Assembly (NCBI GenBank): GCA_965644495.1
Contig: CBFFSA010000002.1
Span: 434,001 to 498,000 of the forward strand
DNA: 64,000 nt
DNA from: Perkinsela sp. CCAP 1560/9
Taxonomy: Eukaryota; Protista; Euglenozoa: Kinetoplastea
Direction of reading: 5' to 3'
Shown here in pieces: positions 53,377 through 64,000 of the stretch (positions are counted from its first letter, which is position 1; each line of letters begins with the position of its first letter). A model generated the notes under the pieces. The model searched no databases. It was not told the DNA's origin and worked only from the letters and a program-made list of their open reading frames with translations. Position numbers and translations under genes: made by a program.

Positions 53377-54138
53377 CTAGGGGGTACCATTTTCATGAAA
53401 GAGATTTATAGTCTGTTCTGAAGAATTAATAATCTTAGTGTTCAATATATGGATCGCTTGATTTTTCGCTCTTAGCCTTGGAGGAAGTTTACTCTCTACT
53501 ATGGTGCCTTCCAATAGTCTGTTATTTTCCAGCTGAAAGTTTGTAAGTTCTTTTGGAAGAAAAGAAAAGTCCACATTTCCGATAAATTCATTTTCCTGCA
53601 GATATAAGCTGCATAAGGAGGGAGGCAGAAACCGCAGATCTATTGTCCCAGTTAACAAATTATTGCTGACATCGAGGTATTTCATATTAATCGGCAATTG
53701 CGTAAGGCATAAATCACCAGATAATTTGTTTGCTTCCATCCATGCGGAAGTCATACGTTTCGGCAAAACGGTAAGATCTGGATTTCCAGTAAATGTATTT
53801 ATACCCAGATAAAACGCTTTAAGTTTTTCTAGCGGGGAGAAAAAACAAAGATCTAGTTTCCCTGATAATGAATTGTTTTCGGTATCGAAATATGTGACGG
53901 AACTTGGAAGATGTACTAGCTTCAATGATCCACGCAGCTCCCGGCCGTTCCAATGTATTTCCATAACTTTTTCATCAGCATCGCATTCTACTCCTTTCCA
54001 TTCACACGCCGACACATCTGAATTCCAAGTCTCATGACGCGTGTGCAAACCACCAATAAGCCGTTCAAGATCCATCTCTTGCGGTAGATTGGCACCGCGG
54101 ACTTTAGCAGGACGTGGCTTATGTTCTACGGAGTCCAT
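53377..54138 (-). CDS. Leucine-rich repeat protein (same family)
   Basis: ACEWKGVECD cap; NLLTGTIDLRFLP repeats. Confidence 0.9.
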   Translation of the reverse strand: MDSVEHKPRPAKVRGANLPQEMDLERLIGGLHTRHETWNSDVSACEWKGVECDADEKVMEIHWNGRELRGSLKLVHLPSSVTYFDTENNSLSGKLDLCFFSPLEKLKAFYLGINTFTGNPDLTVLPKRMTSAWMEANKLSGDLCLTQLPINMKYLDVSNNLLTGTIDLRFLPPSLCSLYLQENEFIGNVDFSFLPKELTNFQLENNRLLEGTIVESKLPPRLRAKNQAIHILNTKIINSSEQTINLFHENGTP

Positions 54139-54434
54139 TTTATTGTGTAAAAGATTGATAAAAAACTTACTTCAAATATTTTTTATCACATTTCAAAGTG
54201 TGCGACAGTATCTACAAGGACTGTAATTGTTCTCGTGTACTATTCTAAAAATACATGCGTGTTCTATACATGCGTACCGCGTTATACACGTTGTAAGTAC
54301 ATTGCATATGGAACGTATTAGATATTGTGCAAGGGTAATCACTCGTGATGACTTCTCACTACTTATCTTCCAATCGTTTGTTCACATACCAGTGTACATA
54401 CAAATGTACGTAGAACCCCTTTCAAAGCAATTAT

Positions 54435-55448
54435 TTACAAGATAGCTAACGCCTCACACCTATCAATTGCATCTATAATGAGAGTGCTGTATGCAGTATG
54501 TAGATTGCCGCCTACTCGTGTAGACTGCTTAACTTGTTGTTCTTTGTTATCTGTAGTTTGTGTGGCGCTCCTTTTTCCGGTACGTTCGCTAATTCGTTTG
54601 ATGCATTCCTGAGCAACAAAACCCCCAAGAACGGAGGCGCATATAGGATTAATCTGTGTGGCTGCAGTACCAAGAGAATTTCGCACGCATGACGCGAGAT
54701 AGACTAGTCGGGCTTCTTCATCAGGGTTCAACGAGTAGGATGTTTCCCCCTTTTCACGTGAGGAGTTCATATGGCGCATGTATTCGATTAGTATCGACCC
54801 AACACTTGGTAGTGATTGAACACCGGCCGTGCCATGAATCATATCTCGAACAATGTGCGAAACATTGTAGAAATCAAATTCAAGCCCATGCAAATTATCT
54901 ACTACGGGGGTGATAGAAGGGGCTAGCTTTGATGATTGGGACCACGATACACATCGCATCCTAGATAAGCCACCATAGGCCTCCAAGAAAATAAGATACG
55001 GGTCGCTCTTGTCCAAGCTAGAGTCTTGTGAAGCGTTCGTTGTACTCTGACCTAAATCAACAGCCTGATAAAGGCGTTCTACATCTTGGTACACAAAAAT
55101 AGAGCACTTTTCGCAAATTTCCGGTACAAAATTTTCTTTCCCATGTGCAAGATCGGACATAAGAAGGATCTTTGAAAATGGATTGAGAGATTGAACGCGA
55201 CTTGCAACGGAGCTTCCGCGCAATACGTCGAATATGTGAGTCGGATAACGGGAGTGTAATATGCGACCAATAATGATACGACCAACTCCAGCAAGAATTA
55301 TATTTTTTGTTAACTCAGAAGTCAGTGCGGAGAGTTCATCGACGTATACCGAGGCGTTCCGGAGCGACATTTGCACCTCTTCGCCCCATAGCCGTGTTTG
55401 GCGGTCGTATCGAACCTTTTCAGACGAAAAGTGGCTCACAGTAGTCAT
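54435..55448 (-). CDS. AOS1: Ubiquitin-like E1 subunit, SUMO E1 Aos1/SAE1-like
   Basis: ATG at 55448; RYDRQTRLWGEEVQ, ELTKNIILAGVG, SLNP and PICASVLGGFVAQECIK; ~340 aa. Confidence 0.8.
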   Translation of the reverse strand: MTTVSHFSSEKVRYDRQTRLWGEEVQMSLRNASVYVDELSALTSELTKNIILAGVGRIIIGRILHSRYPTHIFDVLRGSSVASRVQSLNPFSKILLMSDLAHGKENFVPEICEKCSIFVYQDVERLYQAVDLGQSTTNASQDSSLDKSDPYLIFLEAYGGLSRMRCVSWSQSSKLAPSITPVVDNLHGLEFDFYNVSHIVRDMIHGTAGVQSLPSVGSILIEYMRHMNSSREKGETSYSLNPDEEARLVYLASCVRNSLGTAATQINPICASVLGGFVAQECIKRISERTGKRSATQTTDNKEQQVKQSTRVGGNLHTAYSTLIIDAIDRCEALAIL

Positions 55449-55957
55449 GAATACGTCTAACGCAAGTACTGTAAGCAAAAGAAATCTCTACATAAATAAT
55501 TATAAGATCCTGCTTAGACATATACATGTACATGAGTGTACGCTCAACCTCTTGTCTAACGTGAACTTTCACATCAATTCGAGTTGGACAGTATATTTAC
55601 AACGCAATGGGTGATGTACTGATTCTAAACGCATGCTGCGCATAACATTTGCTGCGCAGACATACACGTACGTAAAAAGATCATGTACACACAAAAACTC
55701 ATATTTAGGTACCATCACATTCATTTTAAATACCTTCACATAAATCAATACACTGCACTTCTGCCACATAAAGATACAAATATTTAAGGGTGTTCTTGTT
55801 TTCTTTAATGGGCCTATGACGATACTACTCGCAATATTCGTATGGAGACGAAAGATGCCTATTGGTAAAAAGAAATAATCATCTTGATAAACAAACTAAA
55901 GAAATCATACGATTTCATCCAATATAAAACTAGCTTTGAGATATTTTTAAGAGGTTC

Positions 55958-58471
55958 TTACCTAGATAACGGCAAGGCCTGTGCGTTAAGTGTAGTTTCG
56001 TTGGAGCACTTATTTATGCGACAAATCTCTTCAAGGTGTAACGCCAATGTGTCGCATTGCTCATCCAAACGCATGTTGGTGTCCTCCAAATGCGTAGCTC
56101 GTTGTCGGGTCTCAAGTTGAACAGTCTCCAGCTCCTGCATTGAATGGCGTTGCGCCTCGTTGAGCTTTCGTCGAGACTCAAGCACGTCCCTTATTTCTGC
56201 CTCCTGTTTGGTCTTTGCTGTCGCAATTTCGGCTAAGGTATTCATCAACTGGTTGCGGCGTTCTTCCTGTATGCAGTTTGCTTCATGAACCGCGATTTCG
56301 CCCTCGGTTGGAAGAGCAAGCTCTTTGAATTCTGTGTGGCGTAACTTCGATGGACTCACAGAAGCACTTGTAAGAGGCAGTACGCCACGAAGAGATAAGT
56401 CAGCAATATTTGGACGAACTTTGGGAGGCCCGAGATTCGGAGCACCGTGAGGACCTCCGAATGCTTTCGGTTTTTCGACCTGCCCTCGCCTTAAATTGTA
56501 TGCTTGCTCGCGATTGATATTTCTAAGATCACAAATTTCCTGCAAAAGTGACTCCCGTTCTGTCAGAATCCTTGACGCTATATGGTAAAGATATTCGTCC
56601 TTCTTTTGTTTCAGGAGCTTTAAATGCTGTGTATTCTCGAGATCGGTCGTTTCCTTGAGATTCTCTTGTATTTCTAATACCCTGGTGGCATCATCATTCT
56701 GTTGTTGCGCTATAAACAATTGCTTGCTACACTGTGTAACTAGATCACGAAACGATTCAAGCAGTTCTTCGCTGTTCGCGCATTCACCTGCATCCAAGTC
56801 CTTTTCAATTTTCTCCTCAATAGAGGCCTTTGTAGAGTGAACATTTTTTTCAAGTGTGTCTATTAATGACTTGTACTGAGTTGTACTCGTCTTTAACAAC
56901 TCCCCTATACTTCGAAGATCACTTTCTGTTTCAGCTATCTTCTTTAGTGCTGTAACTTGCGCTGTTTCTAATTGATCAAGCTGTGTTAGAAGAGTAACTT
57001 CCTTGACTCTATCAGACTCGTTCTCTTCACATTCATTAAAGCGCGGACTCAGGACCTCACATTCTTTCTGGATAATATTACAGGTTTCCTCCAATTCTAT
57101 GCGCTTGTTGACCAGCTCATTGAGCGTGCACTTTAACTCATCTAATGAGTTGGATTCTCTGATTTCAGAGTCCAGCATTTTCACCATGTCCTGCTTCTCC
57201 TCAACACTGGTTTTCTTTTCAAAAAGTTTTTCACGCAGTTTGTTTAGAAAATCATCTTGTGCAGTGCTGTCTGAAACCCGAGATGATGCTGAACTAACAG
57301 GTGATTCCTCAAGATCGGAGGTGACACTTTGGGAAGGGGATACTGGACCCATTTCCATATTTAAGCCATCGGTAGCGCCATTCTCCTCCCTCCCGTCCAC
57401 ATCCTCACCAGCACGCGCATCATCCACCTCGACGGAACCCGATCCCTTTACACGGCAACCTTCGACCGCCTCTTCCCCTTCCTTCTGCGCAACGACATCA
57501 CCCTCATCCACGCCCACCCCCTCCGAGACCTCCACCGGGCTGGGAGATCTCACCCGTCCCTCCGCGGCCTCCCTCTCCCTCGACACCCTTGCCCCCACCG
57601 AGCTCTCCCGCTCGCTCTCCCGCAGCGCCCCGCGAGTGCTCTCCTGGGGTAACGACATGGAGCGAAGACTCACGCTGATGGTCCCCGTGGAGCTACGGGG
57701 GGTGGAGGCGCGGGGGGGAGCCGAGACGGCAGGGGCCGTTGGATCCGGACTCGCACTTCGGGGTTGAGAAGATCGGGTGGGGATAGGGTGGTCTTCGTCT
57801 TTTTCGTCCGCTTCTTCGTCTTCTTTGGGGGCTGTTGGATCAGGACGGGTACTTGGGGTGTGAGATGGGGTTGGGATATGGTGCTCCTCTTCTTCGGCTT
57901 CGTCTTCGTCTTCTTCTTTGGGCGCTGTTGGATCAGGACGGGTACTTTGGGTTTGAGATGAGGTTGGAATTCTATCAGGGATGTTGTGATCTTCTGGTTT
58001 GGGGGGTGTTCGAGTAGGACTGGTACTTTGCGTCTTAGATGAGGTTGTGAGGTTATCGGAGATGTTGTGCTCGTCTTCTTCTTTTTCCGAATGCGCAGAT
58101 AGTGGAGAAGATTCGTTTTCTGTAGCCATATCGAGAGAAGGGTGTGGGTCCTGGGAAGGGGTGAAATGATCAGGTTCGGAAGGGGCAGAAGGTTCGCGAG
58201 GGTGAGAAGACTCTGAGAAAGGGGTCGAAAAGGGAGAGTACTCGTGAGGGTGCGTGGTTGGTGGGGTGCAGGATACGGCAGAAGCGGTGGAGGAGGGAGC
58301 GGGACTTGGTCGTTGCGACGAAGACTCGTTGTGTGAGGGAGTCGTTTCAGGGGCTACGATTTCAAAATTGACTTGCGTGGTACCCGACTCGATATTTTTA
58401 TGGTGGCACTCTTGCTCAAGCTCCTCGTTGTGCGTTGGGGTAAGAGATCGACTTGCGTTGCCGTCGCTCAT
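55958..58471 (-). CDS. Coiled-coil protein with Ser/Pro/Glu-rich repetitive N-terminus
   Basis: 837-aa ORF; long C-terminal heptad region. Confidence 0.75.
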   Translation of the reverse strand: MSDGNASRSLTPTHNEELEQECHHKNIESGTTQVNFEIVAPETTPSHNESSSQRPSPAPSSTASAVSCTPPTTHPHEYSPFSTPFSESSHPREPSAPSEPDHFTPSQDPHPSLDMATENESSPLSAHSEKEEDEHNISDNLTTSSKTQSTSPTRTPPKPEDHNIPDRIPTSSQTQSTRPDPTAPKEEDEDEAEEEEHHIPTPSHTPSTRPDPTAPKEDEEADEKDEDHPIPTRSSQPRSASPDPTAPAVSAPPRASTPRSSTGTISVSLRSMSLPQESTRGALRESERESSVGARVSREREAAEGRVRSPSPVEVSEGVGVDEGDVVAQKEGEEAVEGCRVKGSGSVEVDDARAGEDVDGREENGATDGLNMEMGPVSPSQSVTSDLEESPVSSASSRVSDSTAQDDFLNKLREKLFEKKTSVEEKQDMVKMLDSEIRESNSLDELKCTLNELVNKRIELEETCNIIQKECEVLSPRFNECEENESDRVKEVTLLTQLDQLETAQVTALKKIAETESDLRSIGELLKTSTTQYKSLIDTLEKNVHSTKASIEEKIEKDLDAGECANSEELLESFRDLVTQCSKQLFIAQQQNDDATRVLEIQENLKETTDLENTQHLKLLKQKKDEYLYHIASRILTERESLLQEICDLRNINREQAYNLRRGQVEKPKAFGGPHGAPNLGPPKVRPNIADLSLRGVLPLTSASVSPSKLRHTEFKELALPTEGEIAVHEANCIQEERRNQLMNTLAEIATAKTKQEAEIRDVLESRRKLNEAQRHSMQELETVQLETRQRATHLEDTNMRLDEQCDTLALHLEEICRINKCSNETTLNAQALPLSR
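57735..58080 (-). repeat. Intragenic degenerate tandem repeat (3-4 copies, ~STRPDPTAPKEEDE...HIPT)
   Basis: ggatcaggacgggtact and tcttcgtcttc units recur at ~90-100 bp spacing. Confidence 0.8.
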
Positions 58472-58861
58472 AAAAACAAGGTAGGAAAAGTTGAATAGGA
58501 AATGAAAAAAATTAAAAAGAAAATGAATTCCCGTGAACTTTTCGCAAGTACACTCAAAACTTTAAATGAATGTCAGAATGCAATATTATTTTCACACATT
58601 TTCGCATTCGTTGTATTAAAAGTTTGAGTTAATGTTAGCGTCGTACTGATTTATCTGCAGCTCCATGAAATTTTGTACGTCCTAAATAAAAAAGAACTCC
58701 AACTACGCATGAAAAATAGAGAGCTGTAGGTGCAACTAAAGCGAAAGCTCTAGTGTATGCTTCTTCTGTTCTCATAAATATGAATAAAATGTCCTCTATA
58801 CACTACGTCACATTGTACTAAAATGCGTTTGCTAAATAACTGACGTGATTACCAGTTGTGG

Positions 58862-59299
58862 TTATTCTTCATCGCGGGCTTCTGTACGCTCTTGAACAAT
58901 AGAGGCGCTGTACTTCGCTACGGCTTTCGTGCCCTCACTCATGGCGTGTTTGGCAAGCTCTCCGGGAAGCAGCAAGCGGGATGCTGTTTGTAACTCTCTA
59001 GCGGAGAGTGTTCTCGCTCTATTGAGTTTTGATAGTGCGATCGCCTCGTTATGAATACGGTCGAACATATCTTCTGAAAAGGAGTTCATGATTTTCATGC
59101 CACGCGTGCTGATACCTAAATTGGGATGAACCTCTTTGAGTACTTTATGGATGTAGGCACTCCACTTCTCGAATTTTTTACCTCTACGCTTTCGTTTGCG
59201 ATCGCCAGGAAGAAATGCTCCACCTTTTGCTGTCCGCTGACCTAAGGCACCCTGAGCTTTTTTCCCCTTCCCTCCTCGTTCCCTCTTCCCTGGGGCCAT
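58862..59299 (-). CDS. H2BV: Histone H2B, H2B.V-like variant
   Basis: [45 protein letters not shown]; long basic N-tail; 145 aa. Confidence 0.85.
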   Translation of the reverse strand: MAPGKRERGGKGKKAQGALGQRTAKGGAFLPGDRKRKRRGKKFEKWSAYIHKVLKEVHPNLGISTRGMKIMNSFSEDMFDRIHNEAIALSKLNRARTLSARELQTASRLLLPGELAKHAMSEGTKAVAKYSASIVQERTEARDEE

Positions 59300-59504
59300 G
59301 TTGTAGAAGTATAGATAAAAAGAATTACTATGAAATGTATTTCTTATTAAAACTTTCTGTCGTCAAAGTTACAAAAAGGATTTTTCGTCCACCACATGGT
59401 TCAGTGTTAGGTAGTTCCAGTAAAGCATAATTTCCTGTGCATAGATAAAATGGTAAAGGACTTGAAGTACAGTAGCGTCACGATAATAAGTTCCGATGGA
59501 ATTC

Positions 59505-62156
59505 CTATTTCATCAAATAGTTGTAAAGAATAGTAGATATTGGGGGCATTTCATAGGGTGGCGCATTGAATAGTTCCGAGAGTGAACTTTGAACGGGTTT
59601 CTCTCTATTTGACGAATATTCCGGGTCACTTTTTTGAAGATCTGTATGATGAACACGAAATATTACGTTCTTGCTTCCCTTGCTTTTGTTATCTAAGTCA
59701 TCGATGGCAGGAAAATCGGTTGTCTGTGCGCGTCGAAAAGCATTTACCTGTCCGTTTTTTATTTCTATTTCGCCACCTATGGGCTTCTCCCAAAGCACAA
59801 TGTCTAATATAGGATTTTCATGCGCAACTCTGATACTTGTCGGTTTGCGTAGAAATAAAAATGACGCAATTGAGGGGGATTGGACTCGAATGCTGGCTGC
59901 ATCAAGAATATGTTCACTGAAAGACAAGTTTTCCTGGCATACTATATCACTTCGCACAACCAACGGAGATTCATCTGAAGTCTTTTCTGAGACCAATCTG
60001 ACCAATGAAATATCCTTGTCGGTCCACAAGGCGAAAACACCTTCGATACCAACTGCAAAGCACTTTCTAATACGTGATTCGAAGGATCCGGTCGCCGAGA
60101 ATTCTTTGGCGTGACTCAAAATATTGCATGCGTAGAATTGGTGCATATCATGTGCTACAAGAAGCTGACTATCACGACTGAAGAATGCATCTCGCAACCA
60201 GGAGCTCGCAGAGGATGTTTCTGGCATATTAATTTCTTTCAGAACAGCCCACTGCTCGCCACGTCGGAGAGATTGTGTGTCATACAATACGTAGGATGTT
60301 CCGGGGTAGTGGCAACAGCCGAGTACGGAGCCGTCCTTCGTAAATGCCGCTGTTATGGTCCCCAGGAACCGAACTCCAATACATTCCCATTGGATGCTGG
60401 CCCCATCGTTTACATCGGCCGCGTCATATGCATCGACTCTCACTTCCATTTTCCAAAGTTTCGATTCCTGAGAACTAGCCGTAAGCAACACTCCATCGAT
60501 CGGATGAGGACACATAATAATTTCGTTTCTGGTGTCTTGTGATCCGTCAGTGCTAGTATCACGGACTCTGGCTTGAGAATGTGGTTCATGCACAACGGTG
60601 TTACAGGTAAGATTACGAACATGCGCGTCATAATGAAAAAATCGAAGAATGCGCATTACTTGTCCGGCGAGCAGTTGTATATTGTTTTTCTCGAGTATTA
60701 CCAAGTGATCTGTACCGCAATACTGCAAAGAGCAGATTGCTACAACTTGAGTACACTGCGTATCCTCCGCAGGGTCGCGGCAGGAAGCTGATTTTTGATT
60801 TGTGGGGGCAATACTCCACACCACCTTCCCAGAGGTCTCATCGAACAGACGCACTTCGTCATTTGTTTCGCCGAAGCAAGCAACGCAGGGTTTGGACAGA
60901 AAACGTAACGTGCGCAGCTGTGTTACACGTGTTCCGAAACGCCGAATCCACACTCCATTGAGTTCCATTAGCATTTTATTACTCCCCGTGTCGGTAATGA
61001 TAACACGATGTGTGTTCAGTAAAATGGCCAACTCACTCGGATTCGCACAGTTTGGCAAAATATGGACAATCGTTCCCGAGAAATGAGGTAGGGTGGATAC
61101 TTTAAACGTGACGGTCGACCATGTACACAACACCCCTTCTCGTCCTCCGGTAAAAAAAGTATTATCACTGCCTAGACTCCCGCCGTTACCCCACGAGGCG
61201 GCAGCGAATGCGTTCGAGTGCCAGCGCTTCATAAAAACAGACCCTTCCTGGAGACTTGTCCCAGTGCTTTCCATACCGCGCAGCATTGCCAGGGTGCCAT
61301 CACTTACACTAAGCGCTACGAGAGAGGAAATGCGTGGGTGACAGTACAGCGACTGGACGACACACTTTAAAGGGAGCGAAAGCGTAATTTTAAGCTCTGT
61401 GGCTAATTTTATGGTTTTATACCCAGCAGGGGCATACCACACCACATCGCGTCGGTCATGCGTAAGGGCCACTAGCGCCCGAGTTGGGGCACAGGACCCA
61501 ATTTCTGCTACGTGCTCTGTAGATGGAATTTCTTCCGATGCACACGCGGCAACGACGGTCGACGGACACGCTTCCCATCGAAACAATTCCGCTGGAAGAG
61601 CTCGTGATAGATCCCATACTGTGGCCTCAACTTGTTCAGGCGTATTTTCAGCTACTGTAATCAATAGCACTCCATGTTCGCCATACGGATGTGCTGACAC
61701 AACACTACGCTCGGCCTTATCTTTGTAAAACGGAATCTGTCCCATGTGCTCCACACTGCCGGTTACGATATCAATATCCATGTAAATACCATTTACCCAA
61801 ATTACGCGTGCGCCCACAATGTGGTTCTCTTCGGTTTCTCTATCATTTTTCTTGGAAATTGCAGAAGTTGTATTGTATACTCTGGGAGCTCTTCGTAGGG
61901 TAGACAACCCCCATACGGCGACGGGGGCATCTCCACACAGGGAAGAGCTTTTTGTCTTATTCTCCTGATTCGATTGAGTGAACATTGGCGTTGGCTGCAC
62001 AGTATAGGCAACAGGAGTGTCTGGATGTGACCGATTTTGGGGAGATTGAGTACGGGCCTTGGTAAACGTAGGAACGGTGTACGCCACAACTTGGCTCTCT
62101 TCGCAGACAAGAATCCGTCCCGTGGTGTAGAGACATTGATGGGGCAAAGCTGCCAT
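59505..62156 (-). CDS. UTP17: WDR75/Utp17(Nan1)-like SSU processome WD40 protein
   Basis: ATG at 62156; RWHS...FFTGGREGVLCTW and C-terminal LFNAPPYEMPPISTI pattern. Confidence 0.7.
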   Translation of the reverse strand: MAALPHQCLYTTGRILVCEESQVVAYTVPTFTKARTQSPQNRSHPDTPVAYTVQPTPMFTQSNQENKTKSSSLCGDAPVAVWGLSTLRRAPRVYNTTSAISKKNDRETEENHIVGARVIWVNGIYMDIDIVTGSVEHMGQIPFYKDKAERSVVSAHPYGEHGVLLITVAENTPEQVEATVWDLSRALPAELFRWEACPSTVVAACASEEIPSTEHVAEIGSCAPTRALVALTHDRRDVVWYAPAGYKTIKLATELKITLSLPLKCVVQSLYCHPRISSLVALSVSDGTLAMLRGMESTGTSLQEGSVFMKRWHSNAFAAASWGNGGSLGSDNTFFTGGREGVLCTWSTVTFKVSTLPHFSGTIVHILPNCANPSELAILLNTHRVIITDTGSNKMLMELNGVWIRRFGTRVTQLRTLRFLSKPCVACFGETNDEVRLFDETSGKVVWSIAPTNQKSASCRDPAEDTQCTQVVAICSLQYCGTDHLVILEKNNIQLLAGQVMRILRFFHYDAHVRNLTCNTVVHEPHSQARVRDTSTDGSQDTRNEIIMCPHPIDGVLLTASSQESKLWKMEVRVDAYDAADVNDGASIQWECIGVRFLGTITAAFTKDGSVLGCCHYPGTSYVLYDTQSLRRGEQWAVLKEINMPETSSASSWLRDAFFSRDSQLLVAHDMHQFYACNILSHAKEFSATGSFESRIRKCFAVGIEGVFALWTDKDISLVRLVSEKTSDESPLVVRSDIVCQENLSFSEHILDAASIRVQSPSIASFLFLRKPTSIRVAHENPILDIVLWEKPIGGEIEIKNGQVNAFRRAQTTDFPAIDDLDNKSKGSKNVIFRVHHTDLQKSDPEYSSNREKPVQSSLSELFNAPPYEMPPISTILYNYLMK

Positions 62157-62627
62157 CGTATGGTAGACAAATGAGGTAGGGGTAGTAAACAAAAGGAATT
62201 TGTAGAAATGGACAGAAGTTTAATGAATCCTCCGTATTATTGGGGTCTGTAATAGTTACTACAGATGACACTGTAGATGAAAATAAAAGTAGTGCGGAAC
62301 AACACGCAGTATATTAGAAAGTGTTAGTTTATTTACTATCAACTACTGGAAGCTGTACATGAAAGAATTGAAAGAGTACAAATTTGCTATAAAAGTTACC
62401 GAGCAATTACACGCTCCGCAGTTATACCTGCCTAAATCTGGGAATCATTCTTCTACGTAGGTAAATGAAAAGTCACCCGTTCCAAGAAATCCCCCTTTGT
62501 AATTCATTTCGTTAGCAATACTAATTTTCATCGGCGATATTAACTATTCTGAAATGGATATCATATTCCCTTTATCGAACCCCGTTGGGCCTATTTTTTA
62601 TTTGTTGAATCAGATCGCTTTTTCTGG

Positions 62628-63119
62628 TTAAAATTTATGAGGTTTGCCTACCGGAAGTGCTATCCAATACCCATCGAGCCCTCTCAGGCCGGCATATTGA
62701 TTTCCTTTATTGCAAATAAAGCACACAACAAAAATCATAACACCAAACCATGCGGTATGGAACATTCGTTTTCGGTGGATTAACTCATTGTATTCCGTAG
62801 ATGACAGATCCCAAGGCTTTTTCGTAAAGCGCTGATAATACTTTGCGTCCGGCACTCCCATCTTCTGGATGCTTACCTTGTGAGGTTGGAAGTAGGACCA
62901 GGGAAGCCAGCTGTCGTAGATAGCCGTGTTGGGTTCCGCTATTAAGCTGGTGTGTTTCAGCCCCCGTTCATTCGTGGGGAACAGATCGCTGTCATTAGTG
63001 TAATGAGGCTTCTGTGCCCCACACGTGAGACCGGTTCCGTAATGTGTAAGTCCTACGCTCGTGACGCTACGTGCTGCAATGTCGTGCGCACAGAGTCGCA
63101 GGGCATATCTGTTGTACAT
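62628..63119 (-). CDS. Small single-TM mitochondrial-type membrane protein
   Basis: Likely start ATG at 63119 (MYNRYALRL); one TM helix near the C-terminus. Confidence 0.7.
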   Translation of the reverse strand: MYNRYALRLCAHDIAARSVTSVGLTHYGTGLTCGAQKPHYTNDSDLFPTNERGLKHTSLIAEPNTAIYDSWLPWSYFQPHKVSIQKMGVPDAKYYQRFTKKPWDLSSTEYNELIHRKRMFHTAWFGVMIFVVCFICNKGNQYAGLRGLDGYWIALPVGKPHKF

Positions 63120-63303
63120 GACTTTATATGAACAGTGAAATGGAAAAGCAATAGTGCTATAGTATAAAAATTTGTTAAACATCAAAATACTAATTCAAGT
63201 ACATGTATAACTACGATTAGTTAAGCTGCAACGACGTAATTCCCCACTCATCCCTCAAACTCCTGTAGACAAAACGGTTGCCCGGAATGGAAAATAGTCC
63301 TTG

Positions 63304-64000
63304 CTATTGCGAGAATATCAAGGAATAATTAAGCTCTATGAAAGTACACAAGTCATGCAGACAAACATGCACGTTCCACAGGTCGTGTATGCTTAAATTT
63401 TCGGAGATAGCCTGCATTTCACATCCTTGCTGGCGATGAAAAGCGCAGAGTGTCTTGTCATATTCCATTTTTAAACGCAAATCAACTTGATCATCCGATG
63501 AAGTCATCAAAAAGTAATGAATTCTGTCTGCAACTTCATTTAAAAGACAAGAAATCGGATAACCAATGGCTTGAAAATTGTATTGAAAAGTAGAATGTCC
63601 ACTGTTTGGTGAAGATGCCTCGGGAAAACAACGTTTAAGAATATCAGAGTATGAGGATTGCTCCTCCTCGGAAACAACTTGCTGAACAAAAACCCTTTGA
63701 ATGAGAAAGAAAGGGTACCGTAGCGTGCAGCGATTGACCACCGCTCGTTGTAATATTGCACTAGGTAACGAACATAAATGTCCACACGTCGCAACAGTGC
63801 ATGTTGAAGCGTAGAGGCAAGACTGCACTTTAAAAAGTGGGTCCGCTCGGCGTTGTAAATTGATAGGCTGAAACGGGACGTCGATTCGTGCTTTTTTCAC
63901 CACTTGAGGCGGTTTATTTTCCGGGTGACCTGAAGTTCCTTTAACTTGAGCTTCTTTTAAGGACCCCTTGGAATTTAACTCCACACCTGCTTTTGATGGA
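63304..64000 (-). CDS. Hypothetical protein, 5'-truncated by window edge
   Basis: Frame stays open to the end of the window. Confidence 0.6.
   Translation of the reverse strand, partial: PSKAGVELNSKGSLKEAQVKGTSGHPENKPPQVVKKARIDVPFQPINLQRRADPLFKVQSCLYASTCTVATCGHLCSLPSAILQRAVVNRCTLRYPFFLIQRVFVQQVVSEEEQSSYSDILKRCFPEASSPNSGHSTFQYNFQAIGYPISCLLNEVADRIHYFLMTSSDDQVDLRLKMEYDKTLCAFHRQQGCEMQAISENLSIHDLWNVHVCLHDLCTFIELNYSLIFSQ

Noticed and set aside
1-64000. tRNA, rRNA, SL RNA genes and ingi/SIDER-type signature
   Set aside because: None was recognised by eye; tRNAscan-SE and Infernal would be needed to exclude them.

Overview
Gene-dense eukaryotic DNA, almost certainly from a kinetoplastid. About 36 intron-less genes all lie on the minus strand with short spacers, as in a polycistronic cluster. 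They include an H2B.V-like histone, a PCNA with the kinetoplastid-type insertion, PPR/mitochondrial proteins and three small LRR paralogues. A Perkinsela-like organism is my guess, not established. Three signals go beyond the housekeeping genes. (1) About eight GC-rich islands sit inside genes; in each, the + strand switches sharply from C/A-rich to G/T-rich, and this imprints poly-Pro then poly-Gly on the proteins. They look like replication origins. (2) Four ~75-79 nt paralogous hairpins at 17.8-18.6 kb fit single-hairpin AGA-box H/ACA snoRNAs, with a plausible target in the LSU rRNA A-loop. (3) Nests of TA-flanked MITE-like elements occur with a decayed pogo/DDE_1 transposase and a shared GCGAAGC-type hairpin, indicating class II transposon activity. 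All calls were made by eye; no database searches were run.
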